A stretch of DNA of 50,602 bases, from positions 124,001 through 174,602 of the forward strand of contig JBDREC010000010.1 of assembly GCA_043820105.1 (NCBI GenBank), read 5' to 3'. The notes beneath the pieces were generated by a model. That model was not told where the DNA came from. It worked only from the letters and a program-made list of their open reading frames with translations, and ran no database searches. This DNA comes from Pseudomonadota bacterium (GTDB taxonomy: Bacteria; Bdellovibrionota_F; JAHFAK01; JBDREC01). Position 1 is the stretch's first letter; the number at the start of each line of letters is the position of its first letter. Position numbers and translations under genes: made by a program. Shown one piece after another: positions 8,157 through 16,243 of the stretch.

Positions 8157-9689
8157 ATGGGGAAGCATATACAATCGCTAGTTATTGTCTTAATTTTAAT
8201 AGCTTTTTGCCTTTCATGCTCATCAACATCCGAGCCAGATATTGATTCATCAAAATCAGCATCTCTAGATGACTATGTAGCAGTTTCATTTACAGGTGAA
8301 CTAGATATCACAAGCTTGGCAAACAACGATACTTTTAATAATTTAAATATCTTAACCAGAAATGATATTATTACAAGAAACGATATTATTACCAGAAATG
8401 ATATCATTTCACCAATCGGTTCCCCAGGAACTGGGATAATTTCGCCAATTGGATCTCCTGGGTCTTTTTATAAGGCATCAAGTGTTGAAGCATGGGCGAT
8501 TTCTTTGGCAATTGTTGATGAAAATCAGGAAGTTAAACTTCATGATCTGCTTGATTCTAGTTTTGAGTTTTCAATTTCAGCATCAATACCAAAGTCACAA
8601 GCATATAGTATTTATTTTGTTCTTCATATTGAAGAATGTGTCTCAAGTTTTTTTAATGATTTATCCATGTCATGCAGCGAGGAGCATGAAATTGCCATAT
8701 TATATCAAGATGTTAATTCAGGTGCTTTAAGTTTTGCTGTTGAGAAAACTGTTGACCAGGACCTAGAGCTTGATATGGGTATAATCATTTTAAGTCAGTA
8801 CGGAGGTAAAGATGTTTTTGCTTCACAAACAGGGAGTGCATCACTTTTTGACAGTGAATTCATTGAGTTATATGATTCTGGTGGGGAGCTTATTAATACA
8901 GAGGAAATTGCTGATGAGACAAATAACGAGACCGATGAAGGTGGGCCAATTACACAGCAGCTTGAAGCTTACAAGGTTTTTCATCTCACTTTTGATAATA
9001 TTGCAGATGATTCTATTTATGATATGGCTTTAAATTCTTTAGATTGCAGCCTTCATGGAAATCCTACAACTTTGCTTAATGGAGTTTCTGGCTCTGGAAT
9101 TTCGCTCGATGGCATTGATGATTACATTAAATGTGCATCTGATGATATTGGTCTTGGGCTTTCCTTAACGATTAGTGCATGGGTAAAAGTCGATCAATGG
9201 ATAAATGAGCGAAGTCAATTTATTATTAGTAAATTTACTAATGCATCTTCCACTTACTACGATTCTTTTTCATTTCTATTAGGCCCTGAAAACAATTTTC
9301 AAGTTCAAATTGATAGCTATGATGTATTAAATGAAGATTATAATAAAGATGATGCAGATAGTTTTATATATGATCATTTTCATGACAATGGAGCTGAAGT
9401 AAGCATTTCAACTTGGTATCACCTGGTTGCAGTATATGATGAAGTAACTTCTGCCTCATATCTTTATTTTAATGGTGAGTTGCAAAGTGTAAATTCGTCT
9501 TCAGGCAATGAAAATTATGAGATGCTGTGGTCTGAGGATGTACCTCTTTATATAGGGGTTGGAAATATAGAAGTTGATGATCTTTATGATTATTTTGGTG
9601 GATCACTTGATGAAATTATTATTTACAATAAAGCCCTAACTGCAGATCAAATCGATCAACTTTATAAATCATATGATTTTGAAAACTAA
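8157..9689 (+). CDS. Acidic lipoprotein with C-terminal LamG-like jellyroll domain
   Basis: GGGGAGAG RBS; lipobox-like FCLS-C; LamG motifs LDGIDDYI, LTISAWVK, WYHLVAVYD, LYFNG and FGGSLDEIIIYNKALT. Confidence 0.82.
   Translation: MGKHIQSLVIVLILIAFCLSCSSTSEPDIDSSKSASLDDYVAVSFTGELDITSLANNDTFNNLNILTRNDIITRNDIITRNDIISPIGSPGTGIISPIGSPGSFYKASSVEAWAISLAIVDENQEVKLHDLLDSSFEFSISASIPKSQAYSIYFVLHIEECVSSFFNDLSMSCSEEHEIAILYQDVNSGALSFAVEKTVDQDLELDMGIIILSQYGGKDVFASQTGSASLFDSEFIELYDSGGELINTEEIADETNNETDEGGPITQQLEAYKVFHLTFDNIADDSIYDMALNSLDCSLHGNPTTLLNGVSGSGISLDGIDDYIKCASDDIGLGLSLTISAWVKVDQWINERSQFIISKFTNASSTYYDSFSFLLGPENNFQVQIDSYDVLNEDYNKDDADSFIYDHFHDNGAEVSISTWYHLVAVYDEVTSASYLYFNGELQSVNSSSGNENYEMLWSEDVPLYIGVGNIEVDDLYDYFGGSLDEIIIYNKALTADQIDQLYKSYDFEN
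8355..8462 (+). repeat. Intragenic peptide repeats (TRNDII)x3 and (ISPIGSPG)x2
   Basis: Copies are identical in amino acids but differ at synonymous codon positions. Confidence 0.9.
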
Positions 9690-9703
9690 AAGGTATTTAT
9701 ATT

Positions 9704-10492
9704 TTAATCGGACATATGTGGATTAAGATGCTCATTGAGAAAATCAAGTACTTCTTCAAATGGCATTTCTTCTGAGTCATAGCCATAGGGAAAGAAAGAG
9801 GCGGGCATAATGGCAGTATCAAATTGATTAATAGCATCAGAAAAAGGCCAAACCATTGGTGCAAAGCTATCAATCATTGGAACGTGGGCCCATTCCTCTT
9901 GGTCTTGGGCCCAAAGCCATTCTAAATCAACCATGCCACTGTTCATGTAATCATGTAAGAGATCTGTTGCCAGGGCTGCAAACTGATGATTTAATCGGAT
10001 GGCAATGTTTGAAGCAGATGAGCCACCTGAATGACCCATTAAGGCAATTTTCGTATTATCAACATCTGGAAACCATTTTAAAAATTTTTGAGCAAGCAGA
10101 ATTTCATAGGCCCTCATGCCAACTAGGCTATGACCGTTTCTTAGCAAAATTTCATTTGAATATGTTTCTACTTCAGCCATGTCATAGGCTCTTGGGTTAA
10201 GAATGAAAATAAGATATCCTTCATTTGCAAGTTCACGAACAAAGCGTTTTCTAATATCTGTAGCAATAAAATCATTAGCTACATTATCAGCTAAGTGACT
10301 TTCAGCTGTTTCCCCATGACCTGGAAAAGCAATAATTGCTGGAAGTTTTCTGTTGCTTGAAAAATAATCCATTTTGGGCATATAGTTTGGCGGAAAGATT
10401 ATTATTGCATCAAAAACACCTGCATAAGGATCATTAAAATAAAGCCAATGCTTAATCAGACTTTCATCAAGGCCTTTTATTTCAGTGTCCCC
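9704..10492 (-). CDS. Alpha/beta hydrolase (dienelactone hydrolase/acetyl esterase-like), possibly 5'-truncated or with a non-canonical start
   Basis: PAIIAFPGHG and GHSGG nucleophile elbow; frame stays open 37 codons upstream of ATG 10381 with no in-frame ATG/GTG/TTG. Confidence 0.65.
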   Translation of the reverse strand, partial: GDTEIKGLDESLIKHWLYFNDPYAGVFDAIIIFPPNYMPKMDYFSSNRKLPAIIAFPGHGETAESHLADNVANDFIATDIRKRFVRELANEGYLIFILNPRAYDMAEVETYSNEILLRNGHSLVGMRAYEILLAQKFLKWFPDVDNTKIALMGHSGGSSASNIAIRLNHQFAALATDLLHDYMNSGMVDLEWLWAQDQEEWAHVPMIDSFAPMVWPFSDAINQFDTAIMPASFFPYGYDSEEMPFEEVLDFLNEHLNPHMSD

Positions 10493-10569
10493 TTACACAT
10501 TATTCTGAACAATAGATATTACATTTTATTGAAAAGCAAAATTGAGAAAAAACTGTAAAACGCAAAAAG

Positions 10570-10668
10570 TGACAAATTTTGTCAGGCCGCGTGACAAAAA
10601 TTGTCACCTTTTTTAAGGGGTTGTAATTATTGGAATAAAATTGACGGGCAGGGTGACAATTTTTGTCA
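10570..10668. promoter_or_regulatory. Three palindromic operator-like sites TGACA-N5-TGTCA
   Basis: Copies at 10570-10584, 10592-10606 and 10654-10668. Confidence 0.65.
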
Positions 10669-10941
10669 AACGGCTGAAAAACATATATCATCTACAATTC
10701 CGACGACGACTGAATGGAATGGTGCGTTTTTACTGCCTAGTATTTGACAGGCGGTGTTGCCTTCTCTGGCTACAAGGACGATATCGCCTTTGCCAGCTTG
10801 AAAAGAATCGATTGTAAGAAAGGATTTTCCTTTTGCTTCACCGTTTTTGTCTATTGGTTGAGCAATTAGAATTTTGTGACCCTTAAAATCTTCATGTTTT
10901 ATTGTTGAAACAACTGAGCCTAAAATTTTACATAAAATCAT
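10666..10941 (-). CDS. BMC pentamer (BMC-P, EutN/CcmL family)
   Basis: LGSVVSTIKH, DSFQAGKGDIVLV and VVGIVD motifs. Confidence 0.92.
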   Translation of the reverse strand: MILCKILGSVVSTIKHEDFKGHKILIAQPIDKNGEAKGKSFLTIDSFQAGKGDIVLVAREGNTACQILGSKNAPFHSVVVGIVDDICFSAV

Positions 10942-11213
10942 AAGTCTATCCTGTCTGCTATTCCAACAATGGTAGCATCAACAGGAACATAGCTGATCGG
11001 CAAGGCAACGGCTGCTTCTCTGCCTGCGACCCAAAATACAAGGTCACCTTCACCTGCATTTATATCATTTTCAACTGCATCACAAGCAACAAAAGGAGAC
11101 CCAACAACATTCATTTCATGATCAAGCGGCTCGATTAGCATAAATTTTACACCTTCAAGACCAGGTGTTTTTGTTGAGGCAACTACATTGCCGACTACTC
11201 TTGCTAGTTCCAT
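10938..11213 (-). CDS. BMC pentamer (BMC-P, EutN/CcmL family)
   Basis: MELARVVGNVVASTK, AGEGDLV and PVDATIVGIAD; start moved from 11285 (repeat array) to ATG 11213. Confidence 0.92.
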   Translation of the reverse strand: MELARVVGNVVASTKTPGLEGVKFMLIEPLDHEMNVVGSPFVACDAVENDINAGEGDLVFWVAGREAAVALPISYVPVDATIVGIADRIDL

Positions 11214-11232
11214 TTTATTAAATTTCCAATTT

Positions 11233-11302
11233 AAAGTCATAAGTCGTAAGTAGTAAGTCGTAAGCTCTTTCTTACTACTTACCACTTATCACTTACCACT
11301 TA
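11233..11302. repeat. Inverted pair of heptamer arrays (TAAGTCG/TAAGTAG ... CTTACYA)
   Basis: Direct reading; can form an imperfect long hairpin in the BMC mRNA. Confidence 0.8.
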
Positions 11303-11303
11303 T

Positions 11304-11855
11304 TCAAAACACCAATCCCCTCAAATCCTCATGAGGCGATGTAATTATCTCGTTTCCTGATAACAATCCCTGCTTTTTTGCATAAACAATTCCTGCTTCC
11401 ATTGCTGCTTCAATTTCATTCAAATCCCCAGTAATTGTATAAAAGGCTTTTCCTCCAATACCCATAGCAAGACGCATAGAAATAAGTTTTACATTAGCTG
11501 CTTTTACTGAAAGGTCAGCACACTGAATGCAACTTGCTATGGAAAAGGTTTCAATTATTCCAAGGCTTTCTAGAAACTCTGCTTCACTTGTACCAATTAT
11601 TGCTTTAATTACATCTGTATGGATATTAGGGATTAATATGCTATCAACATAAGAATATTTTGTGGCTTCTATCCCACGATTTAAGCTTTCTTCACAAGAA
11701 GCTTCGTCTCCTGAAAAAAGTGTTATATATTTACCTGGACAGACTGGAAATGATTGAATAATTTTCACTTCAGCTCTTTTACAAATAACATCAGCAATAG
11801 CTATACCTTCTGCTATGCTATTATATTCTATCAATCCAATTGCAGGATCTTGCAT
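11304..11855 (-). CDS. pduT: Tandem-domain BMC trimer (BMC-T single layer, PduT-like) with pore Cys
   Basis: Two BMC domains (AIGLIEYNSIAEG; SLGIIETFSIAS), PVCPGKY and GIGGKAF motifs. Confidence 0.85.
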   Translation of the reverse strand: MQDPAIGLIEYNSIAEGIAIADVICKRAEVKIIQSFPVCPGKYITLFSGDEASCEESLNRGIEATKYSYVDSILIPNIHTDVIKAIIGTSEAEFLESLGIIETFSIASCIQCADLSVKAANVKLISMRLAMGIGGKAFYTITGDLNEIEAAMEAGIVYAKKQGLLSGNEIITSPHEDLRGLVF

Positions 11856-11880
11856 TTACAGCTTCCTTTATGATCTCCGT

Positions 11881-11915
11881 TAATTATTAACTATTAATTG
11901 TTAATTATTAATTAT
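11881..11915. repeat. AT-rich heptamer array (TAATTAT-like x5)
   Basis: taattat taactat taattgt taattat taattat. Confidence 0.65.
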
Positions 11916-11944
11916 TTGTTGCTTTCGGCTAAAATAACCAATAA

Positions 11945-13276
11945 TCAACATGAAATCTCAATATATCTTTCAGTAACACTTGTTACTTTCCCATCAATTG
12001 ATGCGTGAATATTAACTCCAAGTTTTGCTTCATCAAAAGTTGCAATAACATCACCTTTTTTAACATATTCTTCTTTTTTCACAATTGGCGTTGATGGTGC
12101 ACCAATATGCTGATTTAAATATATTTTAACCTTGTTAGGTTTTATTTCTATGTCATCAAATTCTAAAGGTCTATTATATTTTTCAATATTTGTTCTAAAT
12201 ATCAATCTTTTTGTTGAAAGTTTTTTAAACTCTCTATTAGCATCAACAACAAAATTTCCTTTTTTAGGTTCTGAAAAAGAGTCCTTGTCTAGCTTTAACT
12301 TAAGGTTTTCATATTTCGCGCGAGGAGATAAGCCCATTTCACATGAGAAAAAGGTGCACAGGTTGCATAAACAACAAAAGTTGGCGCTTCTATGGTATTC
12401 AGGAATTACTTCCCCATTGTAATCATCAGATGTCATCATTTTGTTTGGTACTAAAGAATGACCCAATAAAACGCGAGGGCAAAATTCAGTGCATCTTGTG
12501 CATTGATTACAAGTTGTTTTTGCTCTTTTTTCTTGAAGGTCTAATTTTTTATTTCGTTCTGAAATTAGCACATGAGTTTTTGATAAAAGAATAATTCCAG
12601 TTGTGGTTTTTGATATTGGATCATCTATGTTTTCAACAATTTTTCCCATCATAGGTCCACCATCAATGACTGAGAAATTATCTATTAATGGACCTCCTGC
12701 TAATTCAATAAGTTTTGAATAAGAACAACCAATTGGAGCTTTAAAAACCTTTGGATTTTTAACTTCACCTGTTACTGTGACAAAAGTATGAGTTAAAGGT
12801 TTATCAAGGCTTGCTTTATAAATATTTCTAAGGGTTGTTACGTTGTTAACAAGCACTCCAACACTTAAAGGAATATTTGCCTCTGGTATTATTTTTTTTG
12901 TAACTTCATAAACCAAGACAAACTCATCACCAGCTGGATAGAAATGATCTAGTTCAATGATTTCTATTTTTTTATTTTCTTTTATATGTTCATTAAGAAC
13001 AGCAAGGATTTTGGGGTTATTTTTTTTTATGGCAATATAGGCTTTTTTAGCCCTTGTAGTAAATATAGCTATTTCCAGACCTTTTATTACTTCTGATGCA
13101 AAATTAGTCATTACAGTTTTATCTGAATACAAAAGGGGTTCACATTCAACGCCATTTGCAATGATAGTTTCAACCGTTGAATCTAGTTTAACATAAGCCG
13201 GAAAACCTGCACCTCCAGAACCAACTACACCTGCGAACCTAAGCTTATTAATTATCTCAGTTTTTGTAAGTTCCAT
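11945..13276 (-). CDS. pduS: PduS/RnfC-like flavin and 2x[4Fe-4S] oxidoreductase
   Basis: AGVVGSGGAGFPAYVK, NGVECEPLL, YPAGDE, GGPMMG, CNQCTRCTEFCP, CCLCNLC, and C-terminal QHIGAP...HASIDG. Confidence 0.88.
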   Translation of the reverse strand: MELTKTEIINKLRFAGVVGSGGAGFPAYVKLDSTVETIIANGVECEPLLYSDKTVMTNFASEVIKGLEIAIFTTRAKKAYIAIKKNNPKILAVLNEHIKENKKIEIIELDHFYPAGDEFVLVYEVTKKIIPEANIPLSVGVLVNNVTTLRNIYKASLDKPLTHTFVTVTGEVKNPKVFKAPIGCSYSKLIELAGGPLIDNFSVIDGGPMMGKIVENIDDPISKTTTGIILLSKTHVLISERNKKLDLQEKRAKTTCNQCTRCTEFCPRVLLGHSLVPNKMMTSDDYNGEVIPEYHRSANFCCLCNLCTFFSCEMGLSPRAKYENLKLKLDKDSFSEPKKGNFVVDANREFKKLSTKRLIFRTNIEKYNRPLEFDDIEIKPNKVKIYLNQHIGAPSTPIVKKEEYVKKGDVIATFDEAKLGVNIHASIDGKVTSVTERYIEISC

Positions 13277-13281
13277 AAATT

Positions 13282-14718
13282 TTATACGATTCTGAAGTAG
13301 TCAGCAAGAGTACATCTTCTGACTCTTGTGAAATCTTTAACTGTTGTGAGGCCTTCTCCTGTTGGGGAGGCAATTGTAAATGAGGTAAAACCCTCTCCAT
13401 TAAAACCAAGGCCAGCATATGATGGAGCATTTTTAACAAAGATTGAGCAATTCATTATCTTTGCCATTTTATCCATATGTTCAATGTTTTTAGAATGAAT
13501 AACTGCAGTATGCCTGAAATTGTGTTCGGCAAGCTGTGATAGTTTGATTCCCTCATCAACATCATTTACCCTTATCATTGGCAATACAGGCATGAGCATT
13601 TCTTCTTGTACGAAGGGGTGATTAAAATCTGTTTCAATAAGTATTGTTCTATAATCTTCACGAGTCGAGATTCCGGCTGCATTTAAAATCACACTTGCAT
13701 TTTTACCAACAAAATTTTTATTAGGATGACCTTTATCAAGGACAATTTTTTCAAGTGCTCTTAACTTGCTTGTTGGCAGCTCATATGCTCCATTTGCAAG
13801 CATTCCTTTTTTTAGTTTTTCAGCTACAGACTTTAAAACAAAGACTTCTTTTTCAGCTATACAAACAATATTATTATCAAGTGAATGCCCTTGTACAATT
13901 TTCTTTCCAGCCAGATCAAAGTCAGCTGTTTCATCGACTAGGACTGGTGGATTTCCAGGGCCTCCAGCTATTGTTTTTTTACCAGAACCCATTGCTGCTT
14001 GAACTACTCCAGGTCCGCCCGTTACTACAAGCAAGCAAATATCAGGATGTTTCATCAGCTTGTTTGCTGAATCAATTGTAGGAATTTCTTTAGCTGCAAG
14101 CAAGGAATCAGGACCACCATTTTCATGAATAACTCTATTGATCATATCTATTGTTAAATTAGAGGTTTTTTTAGCAGTTGGATGTGCATTAAACACAACT
14201 GCATTACCCCCTGCGATCATTCCGATACCATTGCAGATAATGGTTTCTGATGCATTTGTGCATGGAGTGATAGCTCCAATTACGCCATAAGGGGCTCTTT
14301 CTTCAATTGTTAAACCATAGTCACCTGAAAATGCATTTGGCTTAAGATATTCAATACCAGGAGTTTTATCAATAACAAGTCTGTTCTTGTTAACTTTGTC
14401 TTCAAATCTTCCAAGACCAGTTTCTTCAACAGCATAATTTGAAAAGAAATCAATAGCTGTTCTTAGTTTAGCTCTTATCTTTTCAATAATATCGTGTCTT
14501 TTCTGAAGTGGAAGATTTATCCAGCAAGCTTGAGCTTCTTTTGCCTTTTTAATCGCTGTTTCAACATCTTCATAAATGCCAAACAAATTTCCAGTTCTAA
14601 GCGAAATCTTTTTTTGAGGAAGAAAAGATGTTCCAACTTCAGAGATTTTTTTATTATCATTTATTTCTGAAACAACCTTGGAAACAATGTCTCTAATTTG
14701 ATTTCTGTCGATTTGCAT
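13282..14718 (-). CDS. CoA-acylating aldehyde dehydrogenase (EutE/PduP family) with N-terminal encapsulation peptide
   Basis: PYGVIGAITPCTN, VTGGPGVV, GPGNPP, NNIVCIAEKE, EEMLMP and TIASPTGEG; amphipathic MQIDRNQIRDIVSKVVSEI leader. Confidence 0.93.
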   Translation of the reverse strand: MQIDRNQIRDIVSKVVSEINDNKKISEVGTSFLPQKKISLRTGNLFGIYEDVETAIKKAKEAQACWINLPLQKRHDIIEKIRAKLRTAIDFFSNYAVEETGLGRFEDKVNKNRLVIDKTPGIEYLKPNAFSGDYGLTIEERAPYGVIGAITPCTNASETIICNGIGMIAGGNAVVFNAHPTAKKTSNLTIDMINRVIHENGGPDSLLAAKEIPTIDSANKLMKHPDICLLVVTGGPGVVQAAMGSGKKTIAGGPGNPPVLVDETADFDLAGKKIVQGHSLDNNIVCIAEKEVFVLKSVAEKLKKGMLANGAYELPTSKLRALEKIVLDKGHPNKNFVGKNASVILNAAGISTREDYRTILIETDFNHPFVQEEMLMPVLPMIRVNDVDEGIKLSQLAEHNFRHTAVIHSKNIEHMDKMAKIMNCSIFVKNAPSYAGLGFNGEGFTSFTIASPTGEGLTTVKDFTRVRRCTLADYFRIV

Positions 14719-14747
14719 TTTAAGATCCTTTATGCAATTAGGTTCAA

Positions 14748-14774
14748 GGGATCCTGAATCAAGTTCAGAATGAC
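14748..14774. repeat. CGTC-type REP-like palindrome, copy 2
   Basis: GGGATCCTGAATCAAGTTCAGAATGAC, 2 mismatches to the copy at 1209. Confidence 0.75.
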
Positions 14775-14802
14775 ATATCTTTTATAAACTTGAATTGTAT
14801 TT

Positions 14803-14834
14803 TACGCCGTACGCTGTACTCTGTACGCTGTACG
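14803..14834. repeat. Tandem heptamer array (TACGCTG-like x4.5)
   Basis: tacgccg tacgctg tactctg tacgctg tacg. Confidence 0.85.
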
Positions 14835-14838
14835 AAAT

Positions 14839-15132
14839 TCAAGCATCTTTCTTATAAACCTGTTCACCCGATAAAGTGACTTCATCTATAATTGCCATGA
14901 TAACAGCATCAACTGGTTTGCCTTCTGTAACAGCTGTTTGTCTTGCAGAGGATCCAGCTGCATACATAACGAGTTCGCCAACTCCCGCGCCAACTGAGTC
15001 AACGGCTACAACCATGTTACCACTTGGCTTGAATTCGAAATTCATTATTTCTAAGGCTAAAAATTTTAATCCAGTAAGCTTGTCATCTTTTTGGGTGGCA
15101 ACCACAGTTCCTGCTACTTTGCCAACATTCAT
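14839..15132 (-). CDS. BMC pentamer (BMC-P, EutN/CcmL family)
   Basis: VAGTVVATQKD, DSVGAGVGELV, GSSARQT and PVDAVIMAIID motifs. Confidence 0.95.
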   Translation of the reverse strand: MNVGKVAGTVVATQKDDKLTGLKFLALEIMNFEFKPSGNMVVAVDSVGAGVGELVMYAAGSSARQTAVTEGKPVDAVIMAIIDEVTLSGEQVYKKDA

Positions 15133-15139
15133 TTAATTA

Positions 15140-15430
15140 TTACTCCTTAACGTCTTGTCTTCCGAGAGGAAGTGCTTTGTCAGTGTTAACATGAGGTCTA
15201 GGGATAACATGGATAGATACTAGTTCGCCAACTCTTTCAGCGCCTTTTGCTCCAGCTTCGAGTGCTGCTTTAACTGCTGCAACATCGCCTCTAACGATTG
15301 CTGTAACATAACCGCCACCGATTTTTTCATAACCAATAAGTTCAACTTTTGCAGCCTTAACCATTGCGTCTGATGCTTCTACTAAAGCTGTAAAACCTTT
15401 TGTTTCTATCATTCCTAATGCTTCTGCCAT
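15140..15430 (-). CDS. BMC hexamer (BMC-H, EutM/PduA family)
   Basis: [17 protein letters not shown]-like, GDVAAVKAA and HVIPRPH motifs. Confidence 0.97.
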   Translation of the reverse strand: MAEALGMIETKGFTALVEASDAMVKAAKVELIGYEKIGGGYVTAIVRGDVAAVKAALEAGAKGAERVGELVSIHVIPRPHVNTDKALPLGRQDVKE

Positions 15431-15447
15431 TTTTAAATCTCCTAATA

Positions 15448-15516
15448 TAAGTGGTAAGCGGTAAGTGGTAAGCGGTAAGATTTTCTTACAGCTTACAGCT
15501 TATAGCTTACAGCTTA
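15448..15516. repeat. Inverted pair of heptamer arrays (TAAGYGG x4 ... CTTAYAG x4)
   Basis: Direct reading; imperfect hairpin just upstream of the BMC-H RBS. Confidence 0.85.
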
Positions 15517-15540
15517 AAATTATTATTTATTAATTTTAAT

Positions 15541-16152
15541 TTATACGCCATCTAAGGATTCAAGCATTCGCATTGCTGCCTGGGATGCTGAATCAATTTC
15601 AGATTCTTCGCCAGCTAAATATAGCCTGCCAAAGGCTCCGAATGGTCTGACTTCTACAAGGGTGACATTTGCTTCTTTTTCTGCTTCATTTGCAGCGAAT
15701 GCAACATAACCAGCTGGTTCTGTTTCCAAAATGAATAAGGATTGACCAGGAAGTATCATTGAGCCATATCTATTTCTGTTAATAAGTTGAGATTGATATG
15801 GTTCAATTGATCTAATAATTTGAGAAGATACCACCTTTGGCTTCATTCTGTTTGATTCTTGAATTTCTAAATGATCAAGAATTGCTTTGCCAGCTTGCAT
15901 AACTTCGCCTCTGTCCCAATCATGAAGCTCAAGCAGGCCAAAAGCTCTTTCAACAATTTGCAAAGCTGGAACAACTTTTGTTGCTTTAAGCGCAACATCA
16001 GTCATTTGGTTTATTGCAATTCCTGGAGAGATTTCTATGAAAAGTGATGCCATTCCTTGGATAGGCAAAAACCCTTTAGCTGTTGAGCCCATATAAGCTG
16101 CCAGCTGTGGTTGAAGACTATCAAGCAGAGCATAAGTTCTGAGAGTAACCAT
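15541..16152 (-). CDS. Circularly permuted double-stacking BMC trimer (BMC-Tdp, CcmP/CsoS1D-like)
   Basis: [33 protein letters not shown] and [11 protein letters not shown] motifs. Confidence 0.92.
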   Translation of the reverse strand: MVTLRTYALLDSLQPQLAAYMGSTAKGFLPIQGMASLFIEISPGIAINQMTDVALKATKVVPALQIVERAFGLLELHDWDRGEVMQAGKAILDHLEIQESNRMKPKVVSSQIIRSIEPYQSQLINRNRYGSMILPGQSLFILETEPAGYVAFAANEAEKEANVTLVEVRPFGAFGRLYLAGEESEIDSASQAAMRMLESLDGV

Positions 16153-16187
16153 ATTTACATACTCCTTTTATCTTAAAAAGTGTTTTC

Positions 16188-16215
16188 ATATTAAATTTAG
16201 GCAGCTCAAAGTCAA
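16188..16215 (-). promoter_or_regulatory. Putative sigma70 promoter of the BMC operon
   Basis: TTGACT-N16-TAATAT on the minus strand, upstream of an AAGGAG RBS. Confidence 0.45.
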
Positions 16216-16243
16216 GAAATAATTCAGTTTATTGGAGGTTTAT

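Noticed and set aside
10500-10691. 63-aa ORF on the - strand
   Set aside because: Runs through the palindromic operator sites, overlaps BMC-P out of frame and has no protein-like features
11945-13276. rnfC of an Rnf complex
   Set aside because: No other rnf genes; the C-terminal position of the sandwich domain and the BMC context indicate PduS
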